From: a virus
Taxonomy: Duplodnaviria; Caudoviricetes
Direction: 5' to 3' (one strand)
DNA length: 64,000 bases
Virus record (IMG/VR): IMGVR_UViG_3300005805_000068
Span: 16,627-80,626 of that record
Below, piece after piece: positions 54,819-64,000 of this stretch. The stretch's first letter is position 1, and each line of letters opens with the position of its first letter. A model generated the notes under the pieces. The model was not told the origin of the DNA. It made no database searches and saw only the letters and a list, made by a program, of their open reading frames with translations. Both the position numbers and the translations under genes were made by a program.

Positions 54819-55828
54819 ATTAATCTATCTCGCCAAGTTCTTGGAGTTTTTTCGTTTATGATTTCTAAAGGAAACCCATAATCAAATGGTTTTGGTCCGC
54901 GTTTTCGTATCCAATCTGCTGTGGTCTTTATCGCTGTTCTCACATCTGTTTTTGTATCATATCCTAATATTTTGCGAGCTTTATCAGCAGAACACATTGC
55001 ATCTTTTACTTCTCTCGGTCTTTCAGGAAAATGTATAGGAGGTTCAGTAAATTTACATTCTTCTGCTACCATGGCAACTAATTCATTAATCGTAATAGTA
55101 CCTTCATCCGGTCCAATGTTTATTGTTTCGCTAATAATAGATGGGTCTAATGCTAATTTTTCTAAACAAAAAACACAATCGTCTACATAACTAAAACATC
55201 GAGTTTGTTCTCCATCTCCATAAACGATCGCAGGCTTACCTTGTAAGTTACGATTAATCATGATACTCATTACATTACGAAACGGATCATCATATCTCTG
55301 GCGGGGTCCGACGATATTATGTGGTACAGCAATATTCCATTCCATACCGTGAGTTTCACAAAGTGATTTAAGCACTTCTTCGCCAGCTACTTTAGCTATA
55401 CCATAAGGGTCAACGGGTTTAGGTATTTGAGATTCACGGAATGGTGTACCTTGAGCTCCATATCGAGCCATGCTAGAACAATATACAAATCTCTTTACAT
55501 TGCATGCTATGGAGGCGCTTATAGTGCTTACAGATGCCTGGAATATGTTCTTAGTAATAAAGTTAGGACTAAACACGCTAAGACCTTCGTGTGCAGTCGC
55601 AGCGGTATGTATTACGATGTCTACCCCTTTCATTTTTTCGCATAGCATGTCGTATTCACAGCAATCGATGGTATATAATTCTGCTTTAGGATTTACATTA
55701 TCTAAATAGCCTCCGATGAGAGTATCATTACCCACAACTTCGTGCCCGAGTTCTATCATTCTATCTGCTAAATGGCTTCCTAAGAATCCTGCAATTCCTG
55801 TGATAAAAATTTTCATATGTTCATACAC
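54815..55828 (-). CDS. NAD-dependent nucleotide-sugar epimerase/dehydratase
   Basis: GIAGFLGS, SSMARYG, YGIAK (YxxxK) and GDGEQTRCFSYVDD motifs. Confidence 0.92.
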   Translation of the reverse strand: MYEHMKIFITGIAGFLGSHLADRMIELGHEVVGNDTLIGGYLDNVNPKAELYTIDCCEYDMLCEKMKGVDIVIHTAATAHEGLSVFSPNFITKNIFQASVSTISASIACNVKRFVYCSSMARYGAQGTPFRESQIPKPVDPYGIAKVAGEEVLKSLCETHGMEWNIAVPHNIVGPRQRYDDPFRNVMSIMINRNLQGKPAIVYGDGEQTRCFSYVDDCVFCLEKLALDPSIISETINIGPDEGTITINELVAMVAEECKFTEPPIHFPERPREVKDAMCSADKARKILGYDTKTDVRTAIKTTADWIRKRGPKPFDYGFPLEIINEKTPRTWRDRLM

Positions 55829-57177
55829 CTAAAATAAAATGTCGATAATTCAGGGAATGTTTCAACAAAATTTGTGCCTCGTCTATGATCATATTCTGTA
55901 AACCAATTATAGAAATCTCTCCAACCTTCTAATAATTTGTCATCGGAATATTTTGAAGTTTCCATATACTTAACTACACGTAGAAATTTTTCATATTCAA
56001 GTTCTGAAAATTTACTGCGATTTTTATCATCGAGATTGGTCTTGATGTATTCTAGATGTTTATACATATACGGCATGAAATCTTCTTTAGGTAATAAATT
56101 CATATCATATTGTAAAGGTTCTTTTAAGAAAGGAGTATCAAATCTAATACGTTGCCATTTATTCTGTTCAAATCCATTATATTTCTCACGCCATTCTAAT
56201 ATTTTTTCTAGCAGTGACTGAAAATTAGTCACTGTTAAAATATTAAATGTTATCATAAATGTGATAGGTAATTGTGTCTTGGTTAGATAAGTGTCTAGAT
56301 TACGTTCCCATACTTCTAAATCTAATCCAGTACGGATGTATTCAGCAGGTTTACCCCAAGTATCAATACTGGTAAAAATTTTAAAATCTTTGATACAACC
56401 TTTTGATAGTAGATTGTTTACCTTTTCTACAAGACGATCTATCATCACGGGTTTCACACCGAAGTTACTATTGATATTCAATTCAAGTTGTGGTTGGGGA
56501 TTTTTTTCTAATTCATCAAATAATCGCCAGGTGCTTTGTTGTAACAAAGGTTCTCCACCTGTGATACGCAAGATAGTTAGTGTCTTGCTAACTTCCGGCC
56601 ACCATTTCCACCATGCTTCAACATAGGGATTAGTTTCTTCTTCGTATATAGTAAACCAATCGATGTCATTCCGATGATTTTTAACCATAGAGTAAGGACC
56701 GTGATCTTTAATCTCTTTGTAGTATGCTGAACTATGTTTAGGATGGCAGTACCCGCATTTAAAATTACATTCATTACCGAAACTAATCTCAATGTACTGC
56801 GGGTTTATGTGCTTTAAAGGATTATGTTTTATTTCAGCAAGCCTTTCTTCGGTATAGATACTAGCATTGCGTTCTTTACGATCGCTGATGTAATCCTCAC
56901 CCATGGCTTCGATGTTCCAGCAATAATTACATCCACTCGGCTTACCGCCTGATAGCATTTCAGCACGTTCTGATATTTTTTGTCTAGTGTTGTGAAGAGC
57001 GTCTACTTTGTGTGCAAGTTCTTGTAACGGAATCTTATGCGGAGCAGGATGGTAACAACTATGTGTTTCTCCTGTACCTAAGTAGATGGTCGTGTGATGC
57101 CACTTCGCTAAACAAAATGTCGGCGAAACCTCATTCATTATAGGAATGAATTTTTGTATGCGAGCTTTATCGTCCAA
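55813..57177 (-). CDS. Radical SAM protein with N-terminal auxiliary Cys cluster
   Basis: CNFKCGYC and ITGGEPLL. N-terminal FCLAKW...SCYH...CNYCW (SPASM/twitch-like). Confidence 0.85.
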   Translation of the reverse strand: MDDKARIQKFIPIMNEVSPTFCLAKWHHTTIYLGTGETHSCYHPAPHKIPLQELAHKVDALHNTRQKISERAEMLSGGKPSGCNYCWNIEAMGEDYISDRKERNASIYTEERLAEIKHNPLKHINPQYIEISFGNECNFKCGYCHPKHSSAYYKEIKDHGPYSMVKNHRNDIDWFTIYEEETNPYVEAWWKWWPEVSKTLTILRITGGEPLLQQSTWRLFDELEKNPQPQLELNINSNFGVKPVMIDRLVEKVNNLLSKGCIKDFKIFTSIDTWGKPAEYIRTGLDLEVWERNLDTYLTKTQLPITFMITFNILTVTNFQSLLEKILEWREKYNGFEQNKWQRIRFDTPFLKEPLQYDMNLLPKEDFMPYMYKHLEYIKTNLDDKNRSKFSELEYEKFLRVVKYMETSKYSDDKLLEGWRDFYNWFTEYDHRRGTNFVETFPELSTFYFRCMNI

Positions 57178-57844
57178 ATCGTTCTCTCAACCAATCAAAA
57201 TCATTGATCATTTTTAATGCTTCATTGTTGTCTTTATTTTCTAATCCGTATTGTTTTCCTTGCACAGCACCTTCAATAGCTTCTCTACCAAAAGGTCGAT
57301 CAAGTCCTCTAGTACACCAAACATTTAATCTATAGTTTGTGTCAGCATCATCCTGTCGATCGATAGTCTTACTGGCTAGCTTTACACATTCTCTAAAAGC
57401 ACTTTTCCATGTGTTAAACGGATCTACATTGAAAGCTGTAACGTTACTAACCTCTGGCATTGCTTTGAATAGCGTTGAGATACTAGTGGTCATATCTGGC
57501 TTAGAAATATCCATATTTTGTGTCAATCGTTTAGGCAATAACTTTACACCGCCGTACCCATATTCTAAATCGTTAATAGGATTGCGACTGCGCCATACGT
57601 GTACATTTTCTAAATCATAGTCGCTAACTACATGATCAAAATTAAAAGTATCTAATATATGAGCATCTGCATCAACTACCCAGAACATTTTTGTAAATGC
57701 TTTTTTAGCAGCAGCGATGTGAGCCTGATGTATACCTTTAATACCATCGACTCTCTGAGCATAAGGAAATCTAGATTTAAGTTTAGAAAAATTCTCATCT
57801 GCCTGAGGTTCATTATAGCTGATGAATATAATATCGTATCTCAT
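57167..57844 (-). CDS. GT-A-like protein (paralog A)
   Basis: IFISYNEP.AD and FWVVDADA (DxD). Confidence 0.6.
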   Translation of the reverse strand: MRYDIIFISYNEPQADENFSKLKSRFPYAQRVDGIKGIHQAHIAAAKKAFTKMFWVVDADAHILDTFNFDHVVSDYDLENVHVWRSRNPINDLEYGYGGVKLLPKRLTQNMDISKPDMTTSISTLFKAMPEVSNVTAFNVDPFNTWKSAFRECVKLASKTIDRQDDADTNYRLNVWCTRGLDRPFGREAIEGAVQGKQYGLENKDNNEALKMINDFDWLRERFGR

Positions 57845-58722
57845 CGTTTATAGTATGTCCTTACTAATTCGATAGTTTCATCATATAAGTCTAAAGTAAA
57901 CTTACTCTGTTGTTCATCTAAATATGGCCAATCTAATCCTAGATTTATTTTTATTTTTTCTCCTAATTCTCGAATATCACGTTCTACATTTTTATGATCA
58001 ATATTTTGTTCGTACATGTTTCTTAGGATTTCAAAATCTCTAACATCAATATAATTCCAATCGGTACAGTTAGTCATCCAGGTTCCCATTCGAGCTCCAA
58101 GAATAGAATATGCTCCATACTCTTCGTGTGAACCCACAGTTGACCACATACGCAATCTATGGATATTGTGCCACCAGATACGTTCTTTGATTTCCATCGG
58201 TGGAACTTTAACTCCGTCAAGCAAAGTCATCTTAACTCCTTCACGGAATCCTGCACGCCAGGCTTGGAAAGGACTGCCGTTAATTATACTATCACTATAA
58301 ACTGTAGGAAAATTACGGTATCCATCTTCCCAACAGAAATCTACTTGAGCTCGATCGCTTTCGCTAGCTTCATGGGTTCTCATATTAACTACAAAATCTT
58401 TTTTCCAGATTTTTAATCCGCCATTACCATAACGTAATCCATTAATTTTATTTCTTCCACACCATCCATAAACCTGTATCTTTGGATCTGTCATATCTAG
58501 ATCCAAATCAAAAAAACTTGGATGTACTATGTTATCTGCATCAACAGTAATAAACCATTCAGTATCAGATAATGCTGCGGCCGCTTTATGTGCTGCATCT
58601 GATCCTTTAACTCCATGAACACGTTTTGCCCACGGTGCTTTGTTACATAGATCAGCGTAATGTAAATCTGCGTTGGGTTCATCATAACTGATGAATACTA
58701 TATCAAATTCTACTATTTTCAT
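57841..58722 (-). CDS. GT-A-like protein (paralog B)
   Basis: VFISYDEPNAD, FITVDADN and AWRAGFREGVK. Clearly paralogous to 57167..57844. Confidence 0.6.
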   Translation of the reverse strand: MKIVEFDIVFISYDEPNADLHYADLCNKAPWAKRVHGVKGSDAAHKAAAALSDTEWFITVDADNIVHPSFFDLDLDMTDPKIQVYGWCGRNKINGLRYGNGGLKIWKKDFVVNMRTHEASESDRAQVDFCWEDGYRNFPTVYSDSIINGSPFQAWRAGFREGVKMTLLDGVKVPPMEIKERIWWHNIHRLRMWSTVGSHEEYGAYSILGARMGTWMTNCTDWNYIDVRDFEILRNMYEQNIDHKNVERDIRELGEKIKINLGLDWPYLDEQQSKFTLDLYDETIELVRTYYKR

Positions 58723-59348
58723 TTAATTTCTACAGCGTAATTTTTAAAAATTCTCTTGGTATAGATGCTAAATCTTTCCGGGAGATCGATATCATAAAAT
58801 ACTTTCGAAACATCTACAAGATCAGACACGTGCAATTTAAGAATCTTATGTAATATATTAGGATCATTGTAATCTGTAATATAAAGATCCATAGCGGTAT
58901 CACCGTTCCAGTGTATACGTTTTTTCTTATTTGGAGTAGTACCATCAGTTACTTCCATAAACTGATTAAAATCATCTATAAGATTAACTGTTAATGTTTT
59001 TTCAGATCGGTTATACACTATATAGATATCATGCTTGTCAGATGTTGAATATTCTATACCAATTATTCGATGGAGTATGTCAGATATCTTGAATATAGAT
59101 CTAACCTCTGCTATTTCAACTGTGCGCGAATCGAGATCCACGTAACAATGATGTAATGGTATTTTTCCCTGAAGTATTTTTTCGGCGACTTCTTGATCTA
59201 TAGAAGCTTTATGGAATTCATTAATCAGTGCTCTAGCAGGTCCAACCTTAGTTACGCTTCCTGTTTGAGGATCAAATGCCGCGGCATATTCAACTTCTGG
59301 TGGTTTATATTCAGCTAACCATTTTTCAACATCCATTATTTCTTCCAT
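58719..59348 (-). CDS. Hypothetical protein
   Basis: 209 aa within the cassette. Confidence 0.65.
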   Translation of the reverse strand: MEEIMDVEKWLAEYKPPEVEYAAAFDPQTGSVTKVGPARALINEFHKASIDQEVAEKILQGKIPLHHCYVDLDSRTVEIAEVRSIFKISDILHRIIGIEYSTSDKHDIYIVYNRSEKTLTVNLIDDFNQFMEVTDGTTPNKKKRIHWNGDTAMDLYITDYNDPNILHKILKLHVSDLVDVSKVFYDIDLPERFSIYTKRIFKNYAVEIK

Positions 59349-60175
59349 GCGATTTCCTCTAGAATGTTGACTATTTCAGTATTAATTTTGTCTTTTTCAA
59401 CATAATGCACGATATCGTGTTGTTGATAATTTCCTATTTTTAATTTTGCTTCACGATTAAAATAAAAACCAACATTGTCTGACCACTTGTTGCTGGCCCA
59501 CGGCCAATTTTGTACCATAGGTTTCATATGAACTACTCTTGGAAATTCTAAAGGATATGCAATATCATTTTCTATTCCTAATATTTTTGCCGATAGCGCA
59601 AACGCTTCGTCTGTTCCAACTATTTTAGGTCTATAGTCAGACAAAAACATATTTGAAAATTCTATAGGATTCTTAATAATATATCGACCTAGTGTAAAAA
59701 ATTCTTCAGCTAATTTACTATCTTTCTTAAAAAAAGTCCAGAATGAATATAAATTAGGTAATTCATTTTCTGTAAATGTTTTTCTATATTCGTCGCTGGT
59801 AACTACCTCACTACGATATGTATAAGATTTATTAGCTACATATAATTCTGAGTTTTCTATAAAATAGTCAATCCAATGACTATAATCTCTGGTAAACAAC
59901 ATATCAGAATCTAAACATACTGTATGATCAAAAGGAGTTAATTTATCCATCCATGATCGACCATTCCAAAATGTTTCTTGATCCCAAGATATCACATGAT
60001 CAAATACCCACTTAGATGTGTACCCTTCAATTTGTGATGGATCGTCTATAACCAAGGCAATCTTGTCATACCCTTCTTTCTGAGTATTTTTAATGCTTAA
60101 TGCAAGAGCGTAAGCTAGTTGAGCATAGTCAACTTTTTCGTCTTTGGCTACAAAAATCAAATATCCAAAATTCAT
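59336..60175 (-). CDS. GT-A (GT8/GT6-like) glycosyltransferase
   Basis: TPFDHTVCLDSDMLF (DxD), D.AFALSA and VHMK. Confidence 0.65.
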   Translation of the reverse strand: MNFGYLIFVAKDEKVDYAQLAYALALSIKNTQKEGYDKIALVIDDPSQIEGYTSKWVFDHVISWDQETFWNGRSWMDKLTPFDHTVCLDSDMLFTRDYSHWIDYFIENSELYVANKSYTYRSEVVTSDEYRKTFTENELPNLYSFWTFFKKDSKLAEEFFTLGRYIIKNPIEFSNMFLSDYRPKIVGTDEAFALSAKILGIENDIAYPLEFPRVVHMKPMVQNWPWASNKWSDNVGFYFNREAKLKIGNYQQHDIVHYVEKDKINTEIVNILEEIAWKK

Positions 60176-61035
60176 ATCAGTCTCATTAATGAGTCAGCAT
60201 TTCTTATCATGCTGTGTTTGTTCATTACGTGTACATCCAATCCATCAACAGCAGCCGCACAAAAATTAGAATCAACCATAGGACTAATTAAGAATATTAA
60301 TTTACCTTTATCACTGACTTGATACAAAGAATCTTTATCCATAGTTGTTAAAATAGGAGGAAGAGAAAATTTTAAATCAGTTTCGAACCCATCCATGATA
60401 TGTTTAGCGACACTGAATGATATATCATTTCTATACTGTCTGGTACTAAATCTAAATAGATCTCCGAAGTATTGATAATTATCTCTGACATAATTCACAA
60501 GATCAAAAAACGTTTTAGTTGTTTCATTTTTATTAAACATAACTGTAGTAGCCCACATAAGATGAACGCCAGTATCTGAAACATACTTGTCAAGATATCC
60601 AATCCTATTTTGAGAATAGATGTCTTTAATAGAGTCTGATATCATGATATCTTGATCAATATCCCAATATTGATTTAATCTATCTGAAAATACTAAAAAA
60701 TCACTGTCTAATAATAGTGTTCGATCGTAAGGAGTAATTTCACAAGCATTAGCCCTATTGGCATTTACAAACGGAACCATTTTACTTTGTGTTCCATCAT
60801 GTAATTTTCTTTGATTACCGGTAAGAGGTTTTTCTATTTCGATGATCTGATCAAATATATCAATCGCTTTTTCATAGGTTCCTGATGTTTTCATCCACTC
60901 AATTGTAGACATGTCTGTGGCCAAACTAACAGGAACTTTTAAATTCTTTTTAACCAACCCGCCGGATATAATTGCCATTAGAGCATAATCAATATCTCTA
61001 CTGTTATGAGCAAATATTAATGCACCTTTTTTCAT
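60172..61035 (-). CDS. GT-A (GT8/GT6-like) glycosyltransferase, paralog
   Basis: TPYDRTLLLDSDFL (DxD), RND.SFSVA and HVMNK. Confidence 0.65.
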   Translation of the reverse strand: MKKGALIFAHNSRDIDYALMAIISGGLVKKNLKVPVSLATDMSTIEWMKTSGTYEKAIDIFDQIIEIEKPLTGNQRKLHDGTQSKMVPFVNANRANACEITPYDRTLLLDSDFLVFSDRLNQYWDIDQDIMISDSIKDIYSQNRIGYLDKYVSDTGVHLMWATTVMFNKNETTKTFFDLVNYVRDNYQYFGDLFRFSTRQYRNDISFSVAKHIMDGFETDLKFSLPPILTTMDKDSLYQVSDKGKLIFLISPMVDSNFCAAAVDGLDVHVMNKHSMIRNADSLMRLI

Positions 61036-61382
61036 AGATCTAATAATTTTTCCACACTTCTATTTCTTTTAAGAGCTTCATATTGTTCATAATATTCTAG
61101 GGTAGTGGTAAAATATCTATCTATGATCTCATCTCGGAATTCTGTAAGATCATCGATCATCACAGGGTTTTCATTCATATCGATTAGTGGAATGCCGTTG
61201 ATACGGCCTTGATCTATTAAAATTTGGACGAAAGATATGAGCTCTCTATCAATTTTAAAAATGCCGCCATTAAATCCATAGACTAGTTTGGATTCAATTT
61301 TTTCTTTTAAAGTTCTTCTTTGAATAGAAAAAGTATGGCGATAATTAGAAAATTCTAGAGCTTTTTTGAACTGCTCATCCAT
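61032..61382 (-). CDS. Hypothetical protein (first gene of the cassette)
   Basis: AGGAG SD. TATAAATA on the minus strand at 61412-61419. Confidence 0.7.
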   Translation of the reverse strand: MDEQFKKALEFSNYRHTFSIQRRTLKEKIESKLVYGFNGGIFKIDRELISFVQILIDQGRINGIPLIDMNENPVMIDDLTEFRDEIIDRYFTTTLEYYEQYEALKRNRSVEKLLDL

Positions 61383-61450
61383 ATTGTACTCCTAAAATAA
61401 ACATAGCAGTTTATTTATAGTACTTAGATGAACCTAAGAAAATTTAAGAA

Positions 61451-64000
<2,550 letters not shown>

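Overview
Positions 1 to ~63,187 are an AT-rich, gene-dense segment of a large T4-superfamily-like (myovirus-type) dsDNA phage, translated with standard code 11. The host is probably a Gram-negative proteobacterium, inferred from spanins, sigma70 promoters, a DesA-type desaturase, ErpA and a PBP. In order, the segment holds: tail fibre/baseplate genes with an inserted fatty-acid desaturase (1-14.4 kb); small genes including a DnaE fragment, GroES, MazG-like protein, S11 peptidase, cytidylyltransferase, RFC-type clamp loader and phoH; a GH19 endolysin/spanin/holin lysis cassette; a dnaJ-def-clpA unit; a late-promoter cluster of proteins whose N-termini resemble the T4 capsid-targeting sequence, with recurring Glu-ending motifs between modules (28.9-34.8 kb); family-B DNA polymerase and sliding clamp; a 7-deazaguanine DNA-modification region (TGT/DpdA-like, QueD-like, FolE, QueE, no QueC in the window) interleaved with a glycosyltransferase, an MBD4-like glycosylase, a purine PRTase and SGNH proteins; RNase H; and a minus-strand glycan-synthesis-like cassette downstream of a tail gene. 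The last ~810 bp are GC-rich picocyanobacterial-type DNA (amt, truncated glnB). They join the phage tail gene at a 13-nt GGT-repeat shared sequence, most likely a chimera. No tRNA, rRNA, CRISPR array, integrase, transposase or reverse transcriptase was recognised. All family assignments come from motif recognition by eye, not database searches.
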